A stretch of 64,000 nucleotides of DNA from a virus: IMG/VR virus record IMGVR_UViG_3300023115_001620, positions 1-64,000 of that record; one strand, written 5' to 3'. A model generated the notes under the pieces. It worked only from the letters and a program-made list of their open reading frames with translations. It ran no database searches and was not told the DNA's origin. Made by a program: the position numbers and the translations under genes. Positions 28,510-37,599 of this stretch are shown here, piece by piece (position 1 is the stretch's first letter; each line of letters opens with the position of its first letter).

Positions 28510-28566
28510 TTAGTTCTCCGAGTTATCGACGTGGATGTCGTATATCATGGTACAAGACATAATAGT

Positions 28567-28595
28567 ATTGTACCATGTATTTAGGTTTATGTCAA
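28567..28595 (-). promoter_or_regulatory. Sigma70-type promoter for folE
   Basis: TTGACA-N17-TACAAT; CTAAATA in the spacer; overlapping inverted repeat. Confidence 0.75.
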
Positions 28596-28600
28596 GTATT

Positions 28601-28807
28601 TTATGCAAAATACTTGTCTAACATATCTAATCTATCATTTGCAGCAGCCATACTATCTAGCTCTTTTTGTATAGTTTCAATAATATCAGAGTGCTCTCCA
28701 ATACCAACTACTTTCTGCATATAAACTTCAATATTAGTTTTATGCAACTCTAACTCTGCTTCAGCATGTTTACGAGCTGCGGTTATCATTTGCTCACGCA
28801 ATTCCAT
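28601..28807 (-). CDS. Small hypothetical protein
   Basis: AAGGA SD; VGIGEHSDI motif. Confidence 0.7.
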   Translation of the reverse strand: MELREQMITAARKHAEAELELHKTNIEVYMQKVVGIGEHSDIIETIQKELDSMAAANDRLDMLDKYFA

Positions 28808-29189
28808 ATCCTTTCCTATAATTTCCTTTGCCCGGAATAACATTTCTAACTCCTCCTACGGGATCCGGACAATCATTATCCCGTCTGAAGATTAAGTGAA
28901 CGTGTGGATACATGCAAGTCTGTCCTGCACTATCTCCCATATTTAGGCCAACATTAAATCCAGTAATATCATTATTTGATGAATAAACATTGTCGTCGCC
29001 CATTGTAACTGCAAACTTAAAACATTTCATTACGTTATCAATGGTATTTGTTTTTGGCACAATTAACATGTGTCCTTCAGTCACTGGAAACTTATCTTTA
29101 AATACAACAAAATCTGTAGTCGTTAATTCAACGTCAGTCCAAGGAGCTCTACCTTCTTTTTGTGCTGCTTCTAAAGTATCAGTTCGCAT
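28794..29189 (-). CDS. HIT-family nucleotide hydrolase
   Basis: D.FPVT.GH.L.VPK, N.G..AGQT..YPHVHLI (first triad His replaced by Tyr). Confidence 0.85.
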   Translation of the reverse strand: MRTDTLEAAQKEGRAPWTDVELTTTDFVVFKDKFPVTEGHMLIVPKTNTIDNVMKCFKFAVTMGDDNVYSSNNDITGFNVGLNMGDSAGQTCMYPHVHLIFRRDNDCPDPVGGVRNVIPGKGNYRKGYGIA

Positions 29190-29210
29190 ATTGTTTTCCT
29201 TATTTTTATA

Positions 29211-29248
29211 ATAGTAACATAAGTTAACCTAAAAGTCAAGCATAAATA
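29211..29248. promoter_or_regulatory. Divergent promoters: sigma70 (-) and late ATAAATA (+)
   Basis: - strand TTGACT-N17-TACTAT (29239-29211); + strand ATAAATA 29242-29248. Confidence 0.7.
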
Positions 29249-29252
29249 CTTT

Positions 29253-29687
29253 ATGAATGATGCATATCGTGTAGCATTTTATGATGTAGTAAAAGAAACG
29301 CAAGCTACTTCAGGTTATAATTTACCTGAACACTTAGAGGCTTACGTTGTAATGCTTTTGGCACATCACATTGACCGTCCTGACTTTTTACCTGAAGATT
29401 CATTTGCACAAGCATATTTAAAACTGAACCGTCCTGCCGATTATACTGCTAAGGAACTTGGCGACACTTGTTTGTTTGTTACAGGTGTATTTCCTACTTA
29501 TGGTAGTAAACACGGTATTAATCGTCGATACTATCAAGATATAGGTATAGGATCATATGAAATGGTAGCAGAGGTTATGCACAAAGATTTGTTTTCACAA
29601 CTTGCTACACATTTTGATTTCCTAAGTAATTTTATTGAAATAACTACGCATTCTGCCAAACAGAAGCATAGTAACCTTTTCCATTAG
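29253..29687 (+). CDS. Hypothetical protein on the opposite strand
   Basis: 144-aa ORF directly after ATAAATA, protein-like composition. Confidence 0.7.
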   Translation: MNDAYRVAFYDVVKETQATSGYNLPEHLEAYVVMLLAHHIDRPDFLPEDSFAQAYLKLNRPADYTAKELGDTCLFVTGVFPTYGSKHGINRRYYQDIGIGSYEMVAEVMHKDLFSQLATHFDFLSNFIEITTHSAKQKHSNLFH

Positions 29688-30375
29688 TATCGCCACCTTC
29701 GTTGTCTATTTCTACACCGTCGTAAACAATCGAAGTAATAGTCTCTTCACCGTTATCATATTCGCTCAGATGAAACTCTAGTTTCTTAGGATCAAACTCT
29801 CCAACAGTTTCGATTACACCTTCAAAGAATGTACCTTTTTCACTAGAATACATTTGTGCAATATAATCCACATCCTCACCGGCATAGCATTCTTGTGAAT
29901 CGTATAGTTCAACTTCCCAGTCAGTTTCGTCGCCTATTTCGTCACACAGTTCTTGAACACCCTTACGAGACATAACTTCACGAACAAAAGGAGCATTGTA
30001 TTCAGCATTCTCAACTTCGTCGATGTCCATGTATGCACTACCAAACTCTGCACCATATTGATGTTCGTATTCTGTAGGTGCCTCATACCAGGATGACTTG
30101 TAATCATCTTTGCCGTAACTAGTTAAAAAGTCTGCTTCAGTTGGAACACTATCAATGTTTTCAAACTCGCATTCGTCCGTACTGTCGTCTACCATATAGG
30201 TAACAAAATCACTGTCACCGTGTTCTTCGCAAACTTGTGACCAAAAGTCGTGTGCTTCTTTCGTAATACTCATGTATGCTGCTTCACCACCATAGCCTGA
30301 GATATGTATACGATAATATCTTGGACCTTTAATTGTTTCTACTAACTCCTGATTTTCTTCACTGGTATAAGTCAT
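29644..30375 (-). CDS. Highly acidic hypothetical protein
   Basis: 243 aa, D/E-rich. Confidence 0.7.
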   Translation of the reverse strand: MTYTSEENQELVETIKGPRYYRIHISGYGGEAAYMSITKEAHDFWSQVCEEHGDSDFVTYMVDDSTDECEFENIDSVPTEADFLTSYGKDDYKSSWYEAPTEYEHQYGAEFGSAYMDIDEVENAEYNAPFVREVMSRKGVQELCDEIGDETDWEVELYDSQECYAGEDVDYIAQMYSSEKGTFFEGVIETVGEFDPKKLEFHLSEYDNGEETITSIVYDGVEIDNEGGDTNGKGYYASVWQNA

Positions 30376-30569
30376 TATTTTATTCCTAGTTCTTTTTTAA
30401 GTTTTACTACCTGTCGTCTTCGTGCATGTATTTCTGCTTGAAGTCCTGAGATTAAATTACCCTTTGCTTTATTTTCGTGTGCTTCTTTGAGATCAGCAAT
30501 CTTACGATTAATACTGTCTTCTAAGCCTGCCAAGTATCGTAATCTATCTTCTCGTTTTGCGTTATCCAT
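30375..30569 (-). CDS. Small coiled-coil protein
   Basis: Coupled ORF. Confidence 0.6.
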   Translation of the reverse strand: MDNAKREDRLRYLAGLEDSINRKIADLKEAHENKAKGNLISGLQAEIHARRRQVVKLKKELGIK

Positions 30570-31125
30570 TTACGTTCTCCCAAGGGTAAACTAACCAAAC
30601 ATCTTCTTCTGCTTTGTTAACTTCATGTACACTATAATCTACCTTGCCATCGAAGTCACTAGACAAGTTGTCTGTAATAGTAGCAAAGCGAACATTACTG
30701 TGCCATACAGTATTCCAACTTTCTGAATTTGGTAAACAACTAGATTTCCAATCTTCTTTTATCCAGTTGAACGTAGCACCAGTGTCGTTAATATCATCAA
30801 CAATCAAAATGTTTTTACGTCTACTAATATCCCAACGGCTTTTATACGTTTCTTGATCATCTAGAGGAACATAGCCAAAAGCATCTTCTGCCATCCAACA
30901 GTTGCTTTCACTTGCTTCACCGTCGTAGTTATCACGTAAACTTACCTTTAATGCTTCGCCACGTACACCTAACATATTACTAAGGATAGTAGCAGGAATG
31001 TTGCCGCCTCGTGTAATACCTACAATGTAGTCAGGCCGCCAGTTGTCTTTATACATCTGTAATACAATATTTGTGCAAGCACGTTCAATGTCTGCCCAAT
31101 CATAATAATGCTTTTTAATTTTCAT
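30562..31125 (-). CDS. Type I phosphoribosyltransferase (Gpt/Hpt-like)
   Basis: IVGITRGG, ILIVDDINDTGAT (PRPP loop), W.VYPWE. Confidence 0.9.
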   Translation of the reverse strand: MKIKKHYYDWADIERACTNIVLQMYKDNWRPDYIVGITRGGNIPATILSNMLGVRGEALKVSLRDNYDGEASESNCWMAEDAFGYVPLDDQETYKSRWDISRRKNILIVDDINDTGATFNWIKEDWKSSCLPNSESWNTVWHSNVRFATITDNLSSDFDGKVDYSVHEVNKAEEDVWLVYPWENVNG

Positions 31126-31564
31126 ATTTTTCTTTTAGGTACTGTTCGTGTTGCACCCATTCTCCTTTGCGTAAAAAACCCCAGTCTCTTAATTTAGGAC
31201 CTGGGATGAATATAGTCCATACATCAACGCCAGGTTCAAGCTCAACACGATGAAGGCTATGACAGCCGGCAAACCGTATCGTGCCTGCGCTACGCCAAAA
31301 TCTACCATTCGGCGTGTGTTCCCAATAACCACCTTTAATGATAAAAGTGATAAAAGGCCAAGGATGGTCATGTAAATCATCTAAATCTCCTTTATGAAAA
31401 TTATGTAAAAATATGTTGAAAGGAAACCATTTCCTATCTTTTAAGAACAAATAGTAACGTGTTAGATACGGCTCGTTTTCGTGCCTGTCCATAATTACTC
31501 TTTTGCGGCCTATTTTTTCTAAAAGTTGTAAAAATTTAAAACGGAATGTCTTCGTCATCTTCAT
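31115..31564 (-). CDS. Cupin-fold protein
   Basis: LH......D..LHDHPW....I..GGY.E, H.V. Confidence 0.7.
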   Translation of the reverse strand: MKMTKTFRFKFLQLLEKIGRKRVIMDRHENEPYLTRYYLFLKDRKWFPFNIFLHNFHKGDLDDLHDHPWPFITFIIKGGYWEHTPNGRFWRSAGTIRFAGCHSLHRVELEPGVDVWTIFIPGPKLRDWGFLRKGEWVQHEQYLKEKYEN

Positions 31565-31946
31565 GATTACCTTTGAAATCTTGATCTACCATTTTATAGA
31601 TAGTTTTAAAATTTTCATATGCTTTTTCAAGTGCAGGATAATGCATACACATTTTTTTGAGCTTTTCCGGAGAGGGCATATGGTCTTCAAATTCAACTTT
31701 ATTGAAAGTTATATTTGTCAAACCGTCAATAGTGCTATCTAATGATATTGTATCGTTAAGTGTGAATGTGCCATCGTTAATATCTACAACAAATGTATTA
31801 TCTGCACTAGAAGTATACATTGAATCTTTGTAAACTAAATTATCAAGGTCTATAGTTTCTACCATCAAGTCAGATAGTGTGATAGAATCTGAACCAGTAA
31901 GAGTTACAATGTCAACATCTGTATCATTATCTTTTGATTGTGTCAT
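31536..31946 (-). CDS. Hypothetical protein
   Basis: GGAG SD; acidic C-terminus EDDEDIPF (SSB-like tail). Confidence 0.6.
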   Translation of the reverse strand: MTQSKDNDTDVDIVTLTGSDSITLSDLMVETIDLDNLVYKDSMYTSSADNTFVVDINDGTFTLNDTISLDSTIDGLTNITFNKVEFEDHMPSPEKLKKMCMHYPALEKAYENFKTIYKMVDQDFKGNHEDDEDIPF

Positions 31947-32970
31947 ATAGTACTGCTCCACTGAAGAATTCTTTGTTTAGTTTAGTGCGTTGCTTGTCTA
32001 ATGCTACAAGAAAATCTTCATAGTTTTCCATATATTCTCTAATTTGTGAAACTACCTCTCCACGGTGTTTGCGATAGCTTGCAAAGTCTTCAGTCCATAC
32101 ACTAGGATATTTAAATTCAGACAGTGCCATTTCACTGTAGCTCAGTCTATCAGGTACCATAGGAATAGCATCTACTAATGCACCTTCATACCAGCTAATA
32201 CCAAGTGTTTCTTGTAAGTTAGAAGAGAACACCATCTTAGCTTCGCCTAGCAAGTTGTGATACTCATTCTTAGTAAGCTCACGTTCTTGACAAACTACAA
32301 ACTCGTATTCAGGAAGTTGTTCTGCTAGATCACGGAAAATATCAACTTGCTTCTCAGGAGCAATACGATGTGGAAAGAGAATAAGATTACGCTTTTCCAT
32401 ACCTTTGTAACTATCTAAACTGTTCTTTAGATACTCCATAGGCCAGCCTACACGATGAGTTTTATCATCATCTATATCTAAACTTTCAGCAAATAGATCT
32501 ATATGAAAGTCAGTTGCATAAAAATTATCATCATAACATTCATACATAGATTGTTCTGCATGACGTACCCAAGGCTTATCGCCAATTAGCCTACCAAGGA
32601 AATCATGAGGATCATAAGAACCAGCATGCCAAAGACCACCGACTCTAATGTCGACCCCAAGGAGCTCAGCCATGTAGCGCAACTGGATAACAGTTGGGTT
32701 CCACGCATCCGTATATAGGAAATAATCTCCATCATTCACTTCACCTTTACAAAACATTTCACCAATCTGTTCAAGTTGTTTTGACTTGTACACGTTAGTT
32801 CCGCCAAAATTAAGAAATGCCCCAGGCGTAGTTGCTTGAGGCGTTTCTCCACCGCTAATAACCTTTACATTTTGATTTGTAGCTCGTTGAAGCTGTAATG
32901 GAAGATGATCCTTCCATTGCTTAGTGTAACGTGTATCTACAGCCTCAATGTCTACAATGTAAATAGTCAT
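31927..32970 (-). CDS. GT-B-fold glycosyltransferase (GT4-like)
   Basis: FPHR...EK, QETLGI...EG (ExxG-x4-E), P.VPDRLSY.E. Confidence 0.75.
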   Translation of the reverse strand: MTIYIVDIEAVDTRYTKQWKDHLPLQLQRATNQNVKVISGGETPQATTPGAFLNFGGTNVYKSKQLEQIGEMFCKGEVNDGDYFLYTDAWNPTVIQLRYMAELLGVDIRVGGLWHAGSYDPHDFLGRLIGDKPWVRHAEQSMYECYDDNFYATDFHIDLFAESLDIDDDKTHRVGWPMEYLKNSLDSYKGMEKRNLILFPHRIAPEKQVDIFRDLAEQLPEYEFVVCQERELTKNEYHNLLGEAKMVFSSNLQETLGISWYEGALVDAIPMVPDRLSYSEMALSEFKYPSVWTEDFASYRKHRGEVVSQIREYMENYEDFLVALDKQRTKLNKEFFSGAVLYDTIKR

Positions 32971-33182
32971 TATCTTTTACCGCTATAATTTTTTCTTGTT
33001 TGATTGCGGTTTTTCATACGCAAGTAATTTTGATATTTTTGATAAGCCTGCCAGTTTTGGTCATGCTTGTTATACAAAGCCTTTTCATTAAAGACTTTGC
33101 CTTCGAAACGACAATAATCACGATAAGCATCTAAGTCGTTAAAAACTTTAGTATACGCTGCACGATTGAATTCGATTGCCAT
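32970..33182 (-). CDS. Hypothetical protein
   Basis: AAGGA SD, 70 aa. Confidence 0.7.
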   Translation of the reverse strand: MAIEFNRAAYTKVFNDLDAYRDYCRFEGKVFNEKALYNKHDQNWQAYQKYQNYLRMKNRNQTRKNYSGKR

Positions 33183-33200
33183 AATGTATTTTTCCTTTAA

Positions 33201-33668
33201 TTATTGTTTAGGATAAAAGATTGAACAGCCATTTTCATTATCTTCAGCTACGCTGATCTCTACAAAGCGGCCGGGATACTTTGCAGCGATTTCTTGATAC
33301 AAGTCATCTGCAATCATCTCACATGACTTGTGATTTAACTCTAGTACGCCTTCAACGTCATAGAGTCGTTGCATCCAGCGTTTAAACTGAATGAATTCAA
33401 TATCGCGATCGTTATGAAATACTTCAATACGAACACGAAAGTGAAAGATATGACGATGTGGAATACCAAGGAATGATACGTCATCCCAATCGCCAGTTGC
33501 TAATTTAGGGTCAGTGTCTGCACCTGGGTACATATGTACACCTTCTTTTGTAAAGGTTACCCAAATGCTTCGTTGAGCTTCGGTTATTGCGTTGTTAATA
33601 TTATCGTTCATTTGTTCTTCTTTCAATCTACGACCCATATAGTCCCAATATGATTCACGTTGTTGCAT
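33201..33668 (-). CDS. queD: QueD/6-pyruvoyl-tetrahydropterin synthase-like T-fold protein
   Basis: H.YP, HRH metal motif, DIEF, SCEMIA; context of folE, queE and TGT. Confidence 0.65.
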   Translation of the reverse strand: MQQRESYWDYMGRRLKEEQMNDNINNAITEAQRSIWVTFTKEGVHMYPGADTDPKLATGDWDDVSFLGIPHRHIFHFRVRIEVFHNDRDIEFIQFKRWMQRLYDVEGVLELNHKSCEMIADDLYQEIAAKYPGRFVEISVAEDNENGCSIFYPKQ

Positions 33669-33674
33669 AGTACT

Positions 33675-33703
33675 AATATACTTTCTTTATAAAGGTTTGT
33701 CAA
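33675..33703 (-). promoter_or_regulatory. Sigma70-type promoter (leaderless transcript likely)
   Basis: TTGACA-N17-TATATT; ATG 33668 begins after a 6-nt gap from the -10 box. Confidence 0.7.
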
Positions 33704-34217
33704 GAGCATATTCACTCCAATCTGTAAACTTTTGATCGTCCATTAGATTGTGCAGTCTGTGACACCATACACCTGGATTGGTTGCACGAAAGTCCTTGTC
33801 ATCAATCTTTAACATAGTATTGTAACCAAATTGTTTAATGTAGGGAATAGGAATACGCAGTTGCGGAATAAACAGATCTGTTTCAACCAGTCCAGTTTCT
33901 AATAGTGCTTCTGCATGATCGAGCGGCACATCAAGTGTACAAGGAATACCTTTGTCAAGAAAATACATTATCATATCTTCCCATTCGTCCCATGTGTCTG
34001 CATCTTCTGGAAAGTTTGTACCTGGACTAAATGAATGATTAGCACCAAAGAAAATATGTTCACATTCTTGTGTTGCAAAATGTTCAAACACTGTTTCAAT
34101 ATTTTGAACACCAGTTACAAATAGTGTTTTCTTTCCATAAACAGGTGTACGTTCTACTTCAATTCCAGTAAAGAACATAACATCGTCATGTTCGCCTGTG
34201 TCATAGTCTCTTTTCAT
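33687..34217 (-). CDS. Hypothetical protein in the deazaguanine region
   Basis: 176 aa; F.G.EVE.TP..G..TLFV, HIFFGANHSF, KIDD.DF...NPGVWCH. Confidence 0.7.
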   Translation of the reverse strand: MKRDYDTGEHDDVMFFTGIEVERTPVYGKKTLFVTGVQNIETVFEHFATQECEHIFFGANHSFSPGTNFPEDADTWDEWEDMIMYFLDKGIPCTLDVPLDHAEALLETGLVETDLFIPQLRIPIPYIKQFGYNTMLKIDDKDFRATNPGVWCHRLHNLMDDQKFTDWSEYALDKPL

Positions 34218-34423
34218 TCTAATCCTAATTGTACAAGTTTAGAGTTAAGTTTATGAATTTCGTCTTTTAGATAAAGTTTCATAGTTTTCATTCTACGAAC
34301 TTCTTCTGATATAGTAATATTATTATATAATATTTCTATGTCACTGTCAAGTTTTCTGTGTCTTTTTTCTAGTTCAACTATACGGTTACGAATTTTGTCT
34401 TCTTCTGAATCATAATTGCTCAT
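34214..34423 (-). CDS. DUF465/YdcH-like coiled-coil protein
   Basis: L...H..LD..I...K..KL.LKDEI. Confidence 0.7.
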   Translation of the reverse strand: MSNYDSEEDKIRNRIVELEKRHRKLDSDIEILYNNITISEEVRRMKTMKLYLKDEIHKLNSKLVQLGLE

Positions 34424-36089
34424 CCACTAGTTCCTCCAACTTAGTTTCATCTAAGATGTCTTCTTCTTGTTCAACAACTTCTTCTACTTCAAATAATGCA
34501 TTAAAAAATGTATTAGCATTTACAGTCTTTTTGCCAATTGCACCTCTAGTACCAGGTATAGCCATCCAAAATTTAGAGTATTCATCTATTTTTTGTAAGG
34601 CTTCGTCTTTATCTGTAATTGCAAAAATTTCATTTACAACATCTCTAAACAGAATTCTATCAAACTTTTCGTCTACTAACATTTTAGGAATCACACCGTT
34701 GTCGTATTGTCTGTTTGCTTCTTGTACAGCGTTTACATGACTCCATACGTTATGACCCATTTGTATAGCATAACTAAATGAGTCCCAGCTAGTCTTTCCT
34801 TCTTTACCTATCTTATTTAGGTCTCCAGGAGCATAAGTGCAAACGTCTGATACTTTGAGTTCGGCAGTAATCGGTGAGTCTTCAAAGTTTTTAAATATCC
34901 CATCTGATATAACAGTGTCTCTAAACAAGCGTTGATCTGTAGCATATTTTTTATCGTCAACTGACGGCACCATACGATACGTCCATTTGCTTCTGTCCTC
35001 AGTTTCGTTCTGAATGTAGATCTGTCCATTCGCGGTTGCCAAGAAAGGACTAGCACAGTCAAAAGTAATAGTAAAGTTTTCATTATAGTTTTTCCGCACA
35101 GCACGTTGAATGTCAGTAAGCAAACAAGCCCACTCTAGTTTAGATGTACCTAGAAAGTGCATTATATCATGCACACCTTTTTCAAGCAAACCGTCAAAGT
35201 GCAGTGTTACAAGTCTTTTTAGTACCAAGTGTACATCGCACATGTTCTGACCACCCATTGCCCAACCATTAAAATGGTTGTCTGGATACTTTGCAGGATC
35301 ACAAAAATCTTTCATCTGTGAATACCAGTCATCTGCTTCGTCGTGTGTTTCGCCTTGTAGAACGTTTAAGAACTTACAGTTGCCGTTACGATGCTTCATC
35401 CAATATTCGTTATTATACTTAGAAGCATTAACAGCATCTTGATATGTACTAATACCGGTCTTTTCTCTACCTGCTGGCGAGCGACAAACCCATGCTGGAA
35501 TATCAAGGATCATACCGTAGTCCATATATGCATCCATCCAACGGAGAACACCGTCACGCTTTTGCTGTGCCGCATCAAGTCTTGCTTGATATTGTTTAGC
35601 ATGATTAATTTTAGTTGTCTTAGGATTACCGTTTTTATCAAGTTTAGGATTGCCATGTTCGTCTAGTTGTTCAACTATTTCAATACCTTTTGCAACAGCT
35701 TCTGCCATACGAGCAGCAACTTCAGGACCATTAGGGTCACGCCATTCGCCTTCCCAAACACCTTTACCAATTTGGAAACCACCTGAGTCGCCAAGTATCC
35801 AACTATTTTCTCTATCTCTATTACGTACCATATCTTCTTTAGGAACATCTTTAGTTGTATCTAAATCAGCGTGTCCTGCTGAATATAGAGTCCACTGGTA
35901 CTGGAATTGACCTTCTTGTTTGTTAAGATAGTTTAAACTCTCTACACCGTGTGTAAAGTTAGATGGAATACGTGACTTATCTACATATTCGTCATAACGC
36001 TGTTTGCCTACGTAAGTGGCATAGAAGCCACTTAGTGCCGGGAGAAACCTTGCGTAATCATTCTGTGTTGCAGTTAAGTCTTTTTGCAT
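34410..36089 (-). CDS. dpdA: TGT-superfamily transglycosylase, probable DNA 7-deazaguanine insertase (DpdA-like)
   Basis: DSGGFQ, LDIP, NVLQG, GWAMGG, HFLG.S, TFDCASP; clustered with folE, queD and queE. Confidence 0.75.
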   Translation of the reverse strand: MQKDLTATQNDYARFLPALSGFYATYVGKQRYDEYVDKSRIPSNFTHGVESLNYLNKQEGQFQYQWTLYSAGHADLDTTKDVPKEDMVRNRDRENSWILGDSGGFQIGKGVWEGEWRDPNGPEVAARMAEAVAKGIEIVEQLDEHGNPKLDKNGNPKTTKINHAKQYQARLDAAQQKRDGVLRWMDAYMDYGMILDIPAWVCRSPAGREKTGISTYQDAVNASKYNNEYWMKHRNGNCKFLNVLQGETHDEADDWYSQMKDFCDPAKYPDNHFNGWAMGGQNMCDVHLVLKRLVTLHFDGLLEKGVHDIMHFLGTSKLEWACLLTDIQRAVRKNYNENFTITFDCASPFLATANGQIYIQNETEDRSKWTYRMVPSVDDKKYATDQRLFRDTVISDGIFKNFEDSPITAELKVSDVCTYAPGDLNKIGKEGKTSWDSFSYAIQMGHNVWSHVNAVQEANRQYDNGVIPKMLVDEKFDRILFRDVVNEIFAITDKDEALQKIDEYSKFWMAIPGTRGAIGKKTVNANTFFNALFEVEEVVEQEEDILDETKLEELVDEQL

Positions 36090-36811
36090 TACTTACTCTG
36101 TGCTGGAAGTATATAATCGTATTTTGCCATTCCTGAATCAACTGTAATCATCATAGCGCCTTGGTCCGAAATGCTCATAGTCAAATCGCCATCTAAATTT
36201 AAGATGCTTTGTACTTGTGCAACAGGCCAACTCCAAGTGTGCTGTAAAGAACCCTCTACATCGTGTTGGAAAACAAACTCGCCTGCGTGTGTGCTTGCAT
36301 CACCAAAGCTAAAAACAAGATTACCATCAACAGTTTTAACATTAAATGTTGGTTCTTCTGAATGTGCAGCACTCATAAGCTTCATACGTGCAATTGCAGC
36401 TACACTAGGCTGTAGAGTAACATTCCAACTTGCACCTTTAAACTTAACGGTCTTAAGTTTTTCTTCAATAATTGCTTTGTTCATAAAGCGGTAATCGTTC
36501 TGGAAGTCACCAGTTGCATTTTCAAAGTGAATGTGTGTTGGAACTGTTTCGCCATTGCGTTCTGCTTGTACAACTTCAATTTTAGCATTGTCTTTGTACT
36601 CAGGGTTTTTCAAATGTAGCGCAAGTTTGTCTAAGTTTGGCATACCAAAAGTGCCTTCTGCCACTTTATGACCTGAAGTTGCGCTTAGAATTACGCTACG
36701 ATCATCTGCCATTGAGTCGATTGTTGTTTCGTCCTCGCCTGTAACTTTAACTAGACTTAGAAAACCAAGTGCATGTGTATGTGCAACAACGTCTTGTAAG
36801 ATATCTTTCAT
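36089..36811 (-). CDS. Probable sliding clamp (gp45/PCNA-like)
   Basis: 240 aa, alternating beta/alpha pattern, C-terminal YDYILPA; near the polymerase; clamp loader in window. Confidence 0.5.
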   Translation of the reverse strand: MKDILQDVVAHTHALGFLSLVKVTGEDETTIDSMADDRSVILSATSGHKVAEGTFGMPNLDKLALHLKNPEYKDNAKIEVVQAERNGETVPTHIHFENATGDFQNDYRFMNKAIIEEKLKTVKFKGASWNVTLQPSVAAIARMKLMSAAHSEEPTFNVKTVDGNLVFSFGDASTHAGEFVFQHDVEGSLQHTWSWPVAQVQSILNLDGDLTMSISDQGAMMITVDSGMAKYDYILPAQSK

Positions 36812-37599
36812 TATACTGTTTCTCCATTGAATAAATCTATTATATTATCATTACCTTCTTTTGTCAAGAAGTTTTGTATTTCGTATTTAGGTTTAAACCC
36901 AAGTGCTTTCATTTTCTCCATGTTTGCACAAGTCCATTCTCTTTCTCCTGGAGTATTTAGGCGAACAGGAAGTTTAGGCGCCAAGTCTTGAACACGCACT
37001 GGACGCCCTGTACCAATGTCAACAACACCATTGACATGTGGTGCATTTATGAGTATTTCAATTGCATCTAGCATATCTTCTAAATGAATGAAATCTCTAT
37101 AGTGCTTTGTTGTATATTCTAATGTACCGTTACGTAGTTTATTAAAGAACATATTCTTTCTAGGACAATTATCTGAGTACACAGTGTGGAAACGCATTCC
37201 TAACATTGTTCCTGCGTTATATCTTTCTGCAAGTTCTTCTAAAATATATTTAGAAGCTGCATAAGGATTTAAATCTGGTTCATAAGCACTTGAACTACTT
37301 GCATAAAGTATCCTTGTACCTTCATAATGTTCAAATAGTCTACGGCTTGCTTCAACATTATTCAACCAATATCCTGCAGGATCTTTAATACTTTCACGAA
37401 CACCGCTTTTGCCAGCAAGGTGAATAATTAAATCAAATTTTTCATTAAACTCACATGTTAATAAATCTTGAGTATTGTTAAGTTTGTCCCTATCCCAACC
37501 ATCTTTTAAGTCTATACCTACAACACTATAGTTTTTTGTAAGACGTGTAAGCAGATTGCTTCCTATGTATCCTCTATGACCTGTCAGCAAAATTTTCAT
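36811..37599 (-). CDS. NAD-dependent epimerase/dehydratase (extended SDR)
   Basis: TGHRGYIG, HLAG, ASSS, YAASK, RF.TVY. Confidence 0.9.
   Translation of the reverse strand: MKILLTGHRGYIGSNLLTRLTKNYSVVGIDLKDGWDRDKLNNTQDLLTCEFNEKFDLIIHLAGKSGVRESIKDPAGYWLNNVEASRRLFEHYEGTRILYASSSSAYEPDLNPYAASKYILEELAERYNAGTMLGMRFHTVYSDNCPRKNMFFNKLRNGTLEYTTKHYRDFIHLEDMLDAIEILINAPHVNGVVDIGTGRPVRVQDLAPKLPVRLNTPGEREWTCANMEKMKALGFKPKYEIQNFLTKEGNDNIIDLFNGETV
36839..36867 (-). promoter_or_regulatory. Perfect-consensus sigma70 promoter inside the epimerase 3' end
   Basis: TTGACA-N17-TATAAT, upstream of GGAG and ATG 36811. Confidence 0.85.
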
